Positions 1-8,601 of a stretch of DNA of 64,000 bases are shown here, piece after piece. Position numbers and translations under genes: made by a program. Numbering within the stretch: the first letter of the stretch is position 1; the number at the start of each line of letters is the position of its first letter. Below the pieces are notes generated by a model. The model was not told where the DNA came from and did no database searches. It saw only the letters and a program-made list of their open reading frames with translations. Where the stretch lies: NCBI GenBank assembly GCA_964012805.1, contig CAXGUD010000002.1:96001-160000 (forward strand), in the 5' to 3' direction. This DNA comes from an uncultured Bacteriovoracaceae bacterium (lineage in GTDB: Bacteria; Bdellovibrionota; Bacteriovoracia; Bacteriovoracales; Bacteriovoracaceae).

Positions 1-123
1 CTACAACCTTTATATTCTATTCCATTAAAACGGGCCACTTTTAGTTTCTTTTAAAATGAGGCTACGAGGCTTTTAGACATATCTAAGGAAAATAGTTATT
101 TCATTGACTTATAAACTTTTTTT

Positions 124-840
124 TTAGAGGTCATTCTCTGGGACTGAAGTAAATACACACCGAAACCCAATGTAGACGACGTGGAAATCCTTGTCTTTAA
201 ACTGGAAGCCGCTTTCTTTTGTCTTTTCCGGGCCATACCAAAAACTTGCGCCAAGAGTGATTCTTTCCTTACCTCTTTTATCTAGCCCCCACTCCCAAGC
301 ATTTCCACCCATGTCATAAAGGTCATTGATGCCTGATTTAAAACTTTTTACAGGAGACAACCCCATAAATTTGTCCTTTTCCCAGTCTAAATTCATTTCC
401 TCTGCCCTTTCGCCTGAGGGATATGGGTAAGTGCGACCTTTTTTAAAATTTGTTGGCTTTGATTGGCTTTTTAAGATTTGAGTATAAGCAGCTCTTTTCC
501 ATTGTTTCTTAGTTGGGAGGTCTCCTCCTAAAAACTGGCAATAGGATCTCGCCTCATTCCAGGTAATATGAACTGCCGGAAGATTAAAAGACGTTTTTTT
601 TCCAAAAGGGCTTAAGTAAGACCATTTTTTCTTTAACTCCCAACCGGCTCCCCAACGATAAGATCCTCCTGTTATTTGCGCCTTCGTCTTTTTTTTATGT
701 TTCTTTAAATAGACATGAAAATTTGAAATCGTAACTTCACTGTCTTGGATGTAAAAATTATCAATTTTTATTAATTTACTACTAGATTCAGTTGATAGAA
801 GAACTGCTATTATAAAAAAAAAAGGAATTACAAACCTCAT
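124..840 (-). CDS. Formylglycine-generating enzyme (FGE-sulfatase/SUMF1) fold protein, secreted
   Basis: Signal peptide; SEVT, PAVHITWNEARSYC, LPTKKQW, LYDMGGNAWEW and GFRCV motifs. Confidence 0.85.
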   Translation of the reverse strand: MRFVIPFFFIIAVLLSTESSSKLIKIDNFYIQDSEVTISNFHVYLKKHKKKTKAQITGGSYRWGAGWELKKKWSYLSPFGKKTSFNLPAVHITWNEARSYCQFLGGDLPTKKQWKRAAYTQILKSQSKPTNFKKGRTYPYPSGERAEEMNLDWEKDKFMGLSPVKSFKSGINDLYDMGGNAWEWGLDKRGKERITLGASFWYGPEKTKESGFQFKDKDFHVVYIGFRCVFTSVPENDL

Positions 841-863
841 AGTTTTATACTCACACCTTTAAA

Positions 864-1427
864 TTAAGTAATTTTTTTTCTAAAAATATTGTTTTCCAGT
901 ATCGTTACTTCTGCCTTATGTTCTTTTCCACAATTTAAAATCTTATCTTTGAATTTTTGTATATGATGTCCATCAGATAAGGATATATAAAATTCAAGGC
1001 TCTGAAACTTATTTGGAATGATATTATCAATCCTACTTATATTGATATTATTATCAGAAAATAATTTGGAAATTTCATGAATAAAAGAAGTCGGTAATAT
1101 ATTTGAAGCGGTACACTTTACAATAAAATCTTCAGAGTTTTCAATAGACGGACGGTTGTCATTATCTTCTCTTAAAATATAGTCATAATTCATTTCAAGT
1201 TTCAAATTTTTAGCTTCAAAGAGAAGGTCTTTTAAAATATCGTCATGATTATAATTATTACCATTTTTTGTAAAAACAAGGCTTAAAGAAAGGAGGCCGT
1301 GCATAACGACTTGCCCCATACCTGTAAGTTTCCCCTTTCCTTTAATTATTTTTTTCACAAGTTTCGAGGTAATACCAGGCTTATCCTGTCCACTTATAGT
1401 AACGAGGATTCTTTTTGCCTCAGACAC
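864..1427 (-). CDS. Tandem ACT-domain protein resembling the regulatory N-terminus of SerB, without the HAD domain
   Basis: ILVTISGQDKPGITS ACT start, second ACT (NINISRI); ends at NIFRKKIT; GTG start with AAGGA upstream. Confidence 0.75.
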   Translation of the reverse strand: MSEAKRILVTISGQDKPGITSKLVKKIIKGKGKLTGMGQVVMHGLLSLSLVFTKNGNNYNHDDILKDLLFEAKNLKLEMNYDYILREDNDNRPSIENSEDFIVKCTASNILPTSFIHEISKLFSDNNINISRIDNIIPNKFQSLEFYISLSDGHHIQKFKDKILNCGKEHKAEVTILENNIFRKKIT

Positions 1428-1603
1428 TTTAGTTCCTTATTTATGTAAAAGCTAATTTTTTACTATTATTATTTTTTTTAATTTTAATATTTTAGTTATT
1501 TTTATTAATCTGCAAATTGTTAGACTCTTTTATGAGAAAAACTAGCTAACCCCTTTTTAATAAGAAAAGAAATAACTAGCCCATATAATTTCTTTTAAAG
1601 GTT

Positions 1604-2344
1604 TTAAATTAGAATTTGGCTTAAAAATAATTTCGTTCTATCGTGTTGAGGATCGCTGAAAAAAGGACCGGGTTCATTTTCTTCTATAATTTTTCCATAA
1701 TCCATAAAAATAACTCTATCAGCGACTTCTTTGGCAAAACCCATTTCATGAGTCACCACAATCATTGTCATTCCTTCTTTTGCTAGATCAACCATAACCT
1801 CAAGAACTTCTTTAACCATTTCAGGATCAAGCGCCGAAGTTGGTTCATCGAAAAGCATAATTTTTGGTTTCATGCAAAGACTTCTCGCTATGGCGACTCT
1901 TTGCTGTTGCCCCCCAGAAAGCTGGCCAGGAAACTTCATTGCCTGCTCCTGAATTTGCACCCTTTCAAGATAATGGTAAGCAATTTCCTCGGCATCCTTT
2001 CTATTCATCTTTCTTACCCAAATTGGGGCAAGAGTCAGATTTTCTAAAATTGTTAAATGGGGAAAGAGGTTAAAGTGCTGGAAGACCATTCCAACATCTG
2101 CTCTTACGCTATCAACATTTTTTACGTTATCCTTTAACTCTATACCATTAACGACGATCGTTCCTTTTTGATGAACTTCAAGGCGGTTTAAACACCTGAC
2201 TAGAGTAGACTTACCAGAACCAGAAGGCCCACAAATAACGATTTTTTCACCCTGAGTTACCTCTAAGTTTATATTTTGAAGAACATGAAACTTTCCAAAC
2301 CATTTATCTAGGCTTTTAACTGATATAACTAGAGGATTTGTCAT
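1604..2344 (-). CDS. aapP: General L-amino acid ABC transporter ATP-binding protein
   Basis: [27 protein letters not shown]; last gene of the operon. Confidence 0.9.
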   Translation of the reverse strand: MTNPLVISVKSLDKWFGKFHVLQNINLEVTQGEKIVICGPSGSGKSTLVRCLNRLEVHQKGTIVVNGIELKDNVKNVDSVRADVGMVFQHFNLFPHLTILENLTLAPIWVRKMNRKDAEEIAYHYLERVQIQEQAMKFPGQLSGGQQQRVAIARSLCMKPKIMLFDEPTSALDPEMVKEVLEVMVDLAKEGMTMIVVTHEMGFAKEVADRVIFMDYGKIIEENEPGPFFSDPQHDRTKLFLSQILI

Positions 2345-2376
2345 ATTCTATTTTCCTTTTTATAACTTACCTAGAT

Positions 2377-3450
2377 TTAAGCTAGACCTGTGTCTAACTC
2401 TTTTTCCAAACGTCGGCTATACTTTCCGAGAGAAAAGCAAAAGCAAAAGTACAAAACGGCCATAAAGATATAGGCTTCAACACTAAAACCCAACCAATGC
2501 GGATCACTCATTGCACCTTTTGCTGTATACATCATATCCTGGAGAGCAATAATCATAACAAGTGACGTATCTTTAAACATTGAAATAGAGGTATTAACTG
2601 TTGGAGGAATAACAATTTTTAAAGCTTGAGGAAGAATAACAAGCCTCATTTTTTGAAAATAATTAAGGCCTAATGAATCCGATGCTTCATACTGGCCATT
2701 TGGTATTGCTTGAAGTCCACCTCTTATAACTTCTGCCATATAGGCGGAGATAAACATTATAATCGCAACTTGGGCCCTTAAAAGTTTATTAATAACAATC
2801 CCTTTGGGCAAAAATAGCGGGAACATCACTGAGGACATAAAAAGTATACTAATAAGAGGTACTCCTCTTATTAGTTCAATATATCCAATTGAGAGAAGCC
2901 TAACAACTCCCATTTTAGAACGTCTTCCTAAGGCAAGAAGAATTCCTAAAGGATAGCTCACTGTGATAGCAACAGTTGCAAGCATTAATGTTAAGGGTAA
3001 ACCAGACCATTTATCCGTTTCAACGAATTCAAGTCCAAATATTCCTCCTCTCATAAGAAAAAAGGAAAAAACTCCAAAAAAGAACCATAAACCTAATAAC
3101 TTCTTGCCCCAGCGACTTCTGTCTCGACTAAAAACAAGAAGAGCTAGGTAAATAAAAACATTTAAGACAGGTCTCCAATGTTCATCTTGGGGATACATTC
3201 CTAGTAAAATATACCTCGTTTTTTCTTTTAAAAAGGCAAGACAAGCCCCTTCTACTTTTCTGCACGCCTCGGCATCACCATTTAATAGACTATCAACAAA
3301 GAGCCATTGATAACTAGGAATAAGAATATTAATAATCCCATAAATGATAAGAATTGTTATGAAAGAAGATAATGGATTATAGAATAGGTTATCTTTAAGC
3401 CATTTTAATATAATTTTGATTCTACTTTTTTCTTCTTTATTCTCTTCCAT
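2377..3450 (-). CDS. aapM: General L-amino acid ABC transporter permease
   Basis: YIELIRGVPLI and AEVIRGGLQAIPNGQYEA motifs; W..LKDNLF N-terminus. Confidence 0.9.
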   Translation of the reverse strand: MEENKEEKSRIKIILKWLKDNLFYNPLSSFITILIIYGIINILIPSYQWLFVDSLLNGDAEACRKVEGACLAFLKEKTRYILLGMYPQDEHWRPVLNVFIYLALLVFSRDRSRWGKKLLGLWFFFGVFSFFLMRGGIFGLEFVETDKWSGLPLTLMLATVAITVSYPLGILLALGRRSKMGVVRLLSIGYIELIRGVPLISILFMSSVMFPLFLPKGIVINKLLRAQVAIIMFISAYMAEVIRGGLQAIPNGQYEASDSLGLNYFQKMRLVILPQALKIVIPPTVNTSISMFKDTSLVMIIALQDMMYTAKGAMSDPHWLGFSVEAYIFMAVLYFCFCFSLGKYSRRLEKELDTGLA

Positions 3451-3453
3451 TCA

Positions 3454-4620
3454 TTACCTCTCAACCAAGGCAATATTTTTATTATACCAATTCATAAAAA
3501 TAGAGGTCAGTAAACTAGTACTAAGGTAAAGTAAAATGATTAAAAAGATACACTCAACCGCCTGGCCAGTTTGGTTCAAAGTTGTATTGGATACCGACAC
3601 AAAGTCTGGATAGCCTATCGCAACAGCTAAGGAGCTGTTTTTAGTTAAGTTTAAAAGCTGACTTGTTAAAGGTGGTACGATAACCCTTAAGGCCTGAGGT
3701 AAAATAACGAGTCTTAATACTTGATGAGGCTTTAGACCTAAGCTTTCAGCGGCTTCTGTTTGCCCCTTCTTAACAGATAATATCCCTGCTCTTACTACTT
3801 CAGCAATAAAAGCAGCCGTATAAAGGACAAGACCTAAAACAAGACTCATGAATTCTGGCGAAACGGTGTAACCTCCACTAAAATTAAAGCGCCCTTGCTT
3901 AGGTATATCCATTGCAGTTGGAGCTCCACCTATTAGCCAACCCAAAAGAGGAATCATAATGAAAATACATAGACTTATTTTAATGAAAGGTAGAGACCTT
4001 CCTGTTTTATCTTGATGCTTTCTTGCCATTTTCCAAAAAATTAAAATAAGAATCAAGGCCAAAAAAAATCCCCAACCGACTAATTCAAAAGCAGGATCTG
4101 ACTTAGGCAAAGGTATAACAAGTCCACGGTTAGAAAGAAAAACATTTGGTAAGGGTTTGAAAGCATTTCTGACAATGGGTAATATATCTGTAATAAATGT
4201 ATACCAGAAAAAAAGCTGTAATAAGAGTGGAATATTTCTAAGGCTTTCAATATAGCAAAGTGAAATTCTAGACACTAACCAATTACGAGAAAGTCTGGCA
4301 ATACCTATAAGAGTCCCTAAGGTCACCGCTAAAAAGTTCCCAATTATGGCAACCTTGACCGTATTAAAAAAGCCTGCCGAGAGTGCTTTTCCATAATTAT
4401 CGGCAGGTTTGTACTCAATGACACTTTCTCCAATGGGAAAACCGGCTTCTTTTGTTAAAAACCCCCAACCAGAAGCAATTTTCTGTTTCTCTAAATTAGT
4501 TACTGTATTGCTAAAAAAGAAATGACCAATATAAATGAATAAAAGAATCGTTATAAATTGATAAAATAGTGATCTATTTTTGTTATCGTCAAACCATTTT
4601 TTTACAGTATTTATCATCAA
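3454..4620 (-). CDS. aapQ: General L-amino acid ABC transporter permease
   Basis: RNIPLLLQLFFWY, AEVVRAGI, NLTKNSSLAVAIGYPD. Confidence 0.9.
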   Translation of the reverse strand: MMINTVKKWFDDNKNRSLFYQFITILLFIYIGHFFFSNTVTNLEKQKIASGWGFLTKEAGFPIGESVIEYKPADNYGKALSAGFFNTVKVAIIGNFLAVTLGTLIGIARLSRNWLVSRISLCYIESLRNIPLLLQLFFWYTFITDILPIVRNAFKPLPNVFLSNRGLVIPLPKSDPAFELVGWGFFLALILILIFWKMARKHQDKTGRSLPFIKISLCIFIMIPLLGWLIGGAPTAMDIPKQGRFNFSGGYTVSPEFMSLVLGLVLYTAAFIAEVVRAGILSVKKGQTEAAESLGLKPHQVLRLVILPQALRVIVPPLTSQLLNLTKNSSLAVAIGYPDFVSVSNTTLNQTGQAVECIFLIILLYLSTSLLTSIFMNWYNKNIALVER

Positions 4621-4646
4621 TTACCTAAAAAAATCTTTTTTAAAAT

Positions 4647-4679
4647 AAAAGGGCCTCTTGTTAATGAGGCCCTTTTTTT
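4647..4679 (-). terminator. Stem-loop with U-tract between aapJ and aapQ (partial terminator or mRNA stabiliser)
   Basis: Minus strand AAAA-GGGCCTC-ATTAACAA-GAGGCCC-TTTTATTTT. Confidence 0.75.
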
Positions 4680-4696
4680 ACTTTTTAAAAATTTCT

Positions 4697-5749
4697 TTAC
4701 TTGATTGGCGGAGCATACATTAAGCCACCGTTAGTATAAAGAGCATTTAGACCTCTATCCAACCTTAAAGGAGTGTTTGGTCCAACATTTCTTTCATAAA
4801 TTTCAGCATAGTTTCCTACTTGCTTAATAGCATTGTAGGCCCATTTTTCATTTGAAACTTCTTTCTTACCTTCTTTTAAAGTAAGACCTAAACTCTTTCC
4901 GTTGCCAACAGTATTACCAATAAGTTTTTGAACATTAGGGTCAGTACTTTTTTGAATGGCATCAGAATCAATGTTAGCAGCTGTAATTCCCATTTCTTCC
5001 GCCGCAAAAAGAGCATAAATAGTAAACTTAACAGCATCAAACCATTGGTCATCACCATGCCTAACAGCAGGTCCTAGAGGCTCTTTTGAAATTCTTTCTG
5101 GTAAAATAACGTGGTTTTGTGGATCTTTTAACTTTGTTCTCTCTGAAGCTAAGCCAGAAGCATCTGTAGTATAAACATCACATCTTTTACTAAGATAAGC
5201 TTTCAAAGTTTCGTCTCTAGATTCAAAAATAACGGCTTTCATTTTCATGCCATTTTTTCTGAAGTAATCAGAAATATTTCTTTCTGTCGTTGTTCCCTGC
5301 TGAACACAAACAGCAGCTCCATCGAGCTCTTTTCCGCTCTTGATTCCATCTTTTTTACGAACCATAAAACCTTGCCCGTCATAAAAAGTGATAGGAGCAA
5401 AATTAAGCCCTAAAGCTGTATCTCTACTTAGAGTATGAGTTGTATTTCTTGCAAGAATATCAATTTCACCAGATTGAAGTGCAGTAAATCTTTGTTGAGC
5501 ACTAAGTTGAGTAAACTTAACTTTTTTGGAGTCACCTAAAACTGCGGCTGCCACAGCACGACAAGTATCTGCATCCAAGCCTTTCATAACACCTTTTGAA
5601 TCTGGTGAAGAAAAACCTGGAACTTGTCCACTAACACCACACTGGATGTAACCTTTTTTCTTAATGTCATCTATCGTACCTGAAAAGGCACTTGAACATA
5701 CAAATGAGCCTACGATAGCGGCAATTCTCAAAGTTTTTGAGTTAATCAA
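4697..5749 (-). CDS. aapJ: General L-amino acid ABC transporter substrate-binding protein
   Basis: RFTALQSGEIDILARNTT, FYDGQGF, ISKEPLGPAVRHGDDQW, GGLMYAPP; likely TTG start at 5749, 6 nt after GGAG (ORF track starts at 5794). Confidence 0.9.
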   Translation of the reverse strand: MINSKTLRIAAIVGSFVCSSAFSGTIDDIKKKGYIQCGVSGQVPGFSSPDSKGVMKGLDADTCRAVAAAVLGDSKKVKFTQLSAQQRFTALQSGEIDILARNTTHTLSRDTALGLNFAPITFYDGQGFMVRKKDGIKSGKELDGAAVCVQQGTTTERNISDYFRKNGMKMKAVIFESRDETLKAYLSKRCDVYTTDASGLASERTKLKDPQNHVILPERISKEPLGPAVRHGDDQWFDAVKFTIYALFAAEEMGITAANIDSDAIQKSTDPNVQKLIGNTVGNGKSLGLTLKEGKKEVSNEKWAYNAIKQVGNYAEIYERNVGPNTPLRLDRGLNALYTNGGLMYAPPIK

Positions 5750-5916
5750 ATCCTGCTCCATGTTTACGGTTTCTAAATTTAATACTATTTTCATTCTTTA
5801 AAAAAACAAAAAATACCAGGTAAAAAAGTTCATGTTATATTTTTCATATTTAAAGTTATCTTTCTTAAACCCATTAACCGAAAGCTTAGTTTGTATTTAT
5901 TTTAGGAGAAGGCATT

Positions 5917-6357
5917 ATGGGTAGTATTAATAACCAACAGTTTTTAAATAATATTCCAATGGAAATGACCACACCTATGAAAAATAAAAATGGTCAACTT
6001 ATTCTTGTCTACCTCAATTGGGAGTTTAAACAAGAAACTGGAGAGAAACCGTCGCAGGTTCTCTTTAAAGTAAGGACCAATAGATTTTTGGAAGTTGAAG
6101 AAGGTGTCTGGGAGAGAGTTATAGACTTTAAAGAGAAGCTTTCTACTGAGTTTTATATTTCTATAGATTACCCTAAAAATGCGGACGAGTTTTTAAAAGA
6201 AAAAGGGTCCTCTTTGTCTATTGAAGATCTGAATCAAAAATTTGGAATAAACCTCTACTATGTTTGGCAGCGCTTTATCGACAAACCCTGCTCATGGAAA
6301 ACAGAGAAACCAACTCCAACAAATGACGAAGATATTCCACCAGATTATATAGAGTAG
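5917..6357 (+). CDS. Hypothetical protein
   Basis: 146-aa ORF with AGGAG RBS; no recognised motif. Confidence 0.7.
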   Translation: MGSINNQQFLNNIPMEMTTPMKNKNGQLILVYLNWEFKQETGEKPSQVLFKVRTNRFLEVEEGVWERVIDFKEKLSTEFYISIDYPKNADEFLKEKGSSLSIEDLNQKFGINLYYVWQRFIDKPCSWKTEKPTPTNDEDIPPDYIE

Positions 6358-6400
6358 TTCATACACTTTTTTCTTGTATTTTTTTACTAAGTAACCAAAA

Positions 6401-7435
6401 ATGGCAAGAAGCAACTTTACAGGAGAAATTCCCAAAGGTGGTCTATTTTTTATGCTAGAAGTAAAGAATAATAAAAAATCATTTTCAAACCCAATTGAGT
6501 CATTTCCAGCACAAAAGAATGTTTTTGAGCAAACAACCAACCATTTCTTCATGGTAAAATCCCTCACTTTTAGCTCAAATAAACTATCAATAGAAGATAA
6601 TTTATTTATAAAAAAAGATATAAAAATCCAAAGCCCTAAATCAAAAGCACTTCTCGAATGGACAGCTCTTTCAGATATCCTCCTCAAAGAGGATCTAACT
6701 CTCCACATTTTTGAATGCCTTGATAAAGAAACCCCTGATGCTCTTTTTCCCAATGACTGGCTTTCAACACATAGAAACCAAGATGGGACCAAGTGCCTTT
6801 GCCTCTACCCAATGTTTCTTGAAAATAGGAGAAAGGAAAAAAAAGAATCTATTATTAAACACCTTCTTGTTGGATACTCTGAAATTGTAGACTTATCGCT
6901 CTATGAAAAACGACCTGATCCATTATTTTTAGAAGGTACGGGTTCTTTAGTCCTTGATCGAGTAAACCGCAAGGCCTTCGCTGCAATTTCCAAAAGAACA
7001 AACCCTGACCTTGTTAAATATTGGGCAGAAAAGTTCAAGTACAAAGAACTCATCACTTTTAATACAAATATTGAAATGCCCATTTATCACACTAATATTA
7101 TGATGTGCATAGGGACTAACTTTGCAATCGTTTGCCTTGATGCTATAGATGACCCAAAGAATCGGAAAAAGGTTCAACAAAAACTGGAATCCTCCAAGGA
7201 CCTTATTGTTATTTCAAAAGAACAGATGTATTCATTCTGTGCCAATGTCATTGAAGTCAAAAATAGCTTCGACGAACCTTTTTTAATTCTTTCCACAAGG
7301 GCCTATAAGAGCTTTACTGACTTTCAGTTAAAAAGCTTATCAAACCACGTCAATAAATTTGTCCATACGCCTCTTGATACTATTGAGGACCTAGGTGGCG
7401 GTAGCGCTCGTTGCCTTCTTGCGGAACTCTTTTAA
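6401..7435 (+). CDS. Amidinotransferase/arginine deiminase superfamily hydrolase (CtlX-like)
   Basis: TPDALFPNDW, FLEGTGSLVLD, IYHTN, GGGSARC..AELF; start may be ATG 6452. Confidence 0.85.
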   Translation: MARSNFTGEIPKGGLFFMLEVKNNKKSFSNPIESFPAQKNVFEQTTNHFFMVKSLTFSSNKLSIEDNLFIKKDIKIQSPKSKALLEWTALSDILLKEDLTLHIFECLDKETPDALFPNDWLSTHRNQDGTKCLCLYPMFLENRRKEKKESIIKHLLVGYSEIVDLSLYEKRPDPLFLEGTGSLVLDRVNRKAFAAISKRTNPDLVKYWAEKFKYKELITFNTNIEMPIYHTNIMMCIGTNFAIVCLDAIDDPKNRKKVQQKLESSKDLIVISKEQMYSFCANVIEVKNSFDEPFLILSTRAYKSFTDFQLKSLSNHVNKFVHTPLDTIEDLGGGSARCLLAELF

Positions 7436-7439
7436 AAAA

Positions 7440-8597
7440 CTACTTAGGAGGACCCAAATAAGTGAAGGCCTTAGGAATAACGTGAGTATAAAAGTACACA
7501 TCTTCAAATTGTTCTTCACTTGCCTTTTTCAAAATTGCATTTAAAATTTCTTCAACTTTGTCAGGCGCTAAAGTTAATTGAATAATCTCTCTTTCGTTAC
7601 TCAGCTTAATAGAAGTATTACCCATCGTTTTTTCTTCACCCATTTGACGACCAAAGGCAACACTAGCACCAGGTGCTCCGGCATCAAGAGCGGCCCTGAT
7701 AAGAATATCACCCTCTCCACGGATGGCCACACAGGTGAGCCGGACTAAATTTTCCAAATAAGTACGATCAGCAACATTATTTGAATTGCTAATGCCTTCT
7801 CCTAGGTCTGCCTGACTTCTCCAATCCGTATTTCCCTTAATTTCATCAATCGCCTTAATAATCTGTGGTATGGAAACCCCATACAAACTATCAGAAGTAA
7901 AGCTCGTTAAACTGTTAAGACCTTTCGAGATCGGTATTGTATAAATAAAGCCTTCACCTGGAACATCAAGGCGCCCAACCTGAATCATGACTTCAAAAAT
8001 TCTTTCAGCTTCAAAGCGGTTTACAACAACGCTCATAAGCTCTTTTTCGGGGCTTATGCAAACTCTTACAATACCAAGACGATCCCTTAACCCTCTTCCA
8101 AAGCCATAAGAGATAGTAGGTCCTGCTCCTCCTGCGAGCATAACTTCTTTGGCAATTGCATTTGCCTTTTCAATTTGAACAATACAAATAATATGGACAA
8201 GGTCATCGCTAAAAGAAGCACTTGCGCTTGAAGAACTCGGCCCCTCTACCTTTTTTGTTACTTCCTCAGATTGACTTAAAAACATGGCCTCTTCACAAGG
8301 AAAAGAAAAAACGGCCCCAGCGCCAGAGCGGTGTAACTCTCCTTTATCTCTTATAGAATTAAGGACATGGTCTATATTTTCATTTGGAACTAAGAGCTCC
8401 ATTATTTCTTGTTCTGGATTTAAAGAAGGTAAAAATGCTTGATACCACTTGGGTCTCAACAATGCCCCTCTTGCCTTCATAACTGTGGCATCATGACAAT
8501 AGGATAGAAACTCTTCATCAGCTATATCACGACCTTTGTTTTTTCTGACAATGGCCTTGACAAGTGAAAAATTATCTTTTTTCTTTAGAGTATACAT
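7440..8597 (-). CDS. P-II-like protein with three tandem P-II domains
   Basis: Three ~110-aa repeats (..AIV..EIMELLV..GAGAVFSFP; ..CIV..AGGAGPTISYGFG..EKELMSVVV..PGEGFIYTIP; ..AGAPGASVAFGR..EREIIQLTL..YFYTH); ATG 8597 after GGAGG. Confidence 0.8.
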   Translation of the reverse strand: MYTLKKKDNFSLVKAIVRKNKGRDIADEEFLSYCHDATVMKARGALLRPKWYQAFLPSLNPEQEIMELLVPNENIDHVLNSIRDKGELHRSGAGAVFSFPCEEAMFLSQSEEVTKKVEGPSSSSASASFSDDLVHIICIVQIEKANAIAKEVMLAGGAGPTISYGFGRGLRDRLGIVRVCISPEKELMSVVVNRFEAERIFEVMIQVGRLDVPGEGFIYTIPISKGLNSLTSFTSDSLYGVSIPQIIKAIDEIKGNTDWRSQADLGEGISNSNNVADRTYLENLVRLTCVAIRGEGDILIRAALDAGAPGASVAFGRQMGEEKTMGNTSIKLSNEREIIQLTLAPDKVEEILNAILKKASEEQFEDVYFYTHVIPKAFTYLGPPK

Positions 8598-8601
8598 GCC
8601 C

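Noticed and set aside
814..823. A10 tract in the 5' end of the FGE-fold gene as a phase-variation site
   Set aside because: Long A/T runs are common in this AT-rich sequence and the gene is in frame
6292..6792. 166-aa minus-strand ORF
   Set aside because: Antisense shadow of the CtlX-like gene with no motifs
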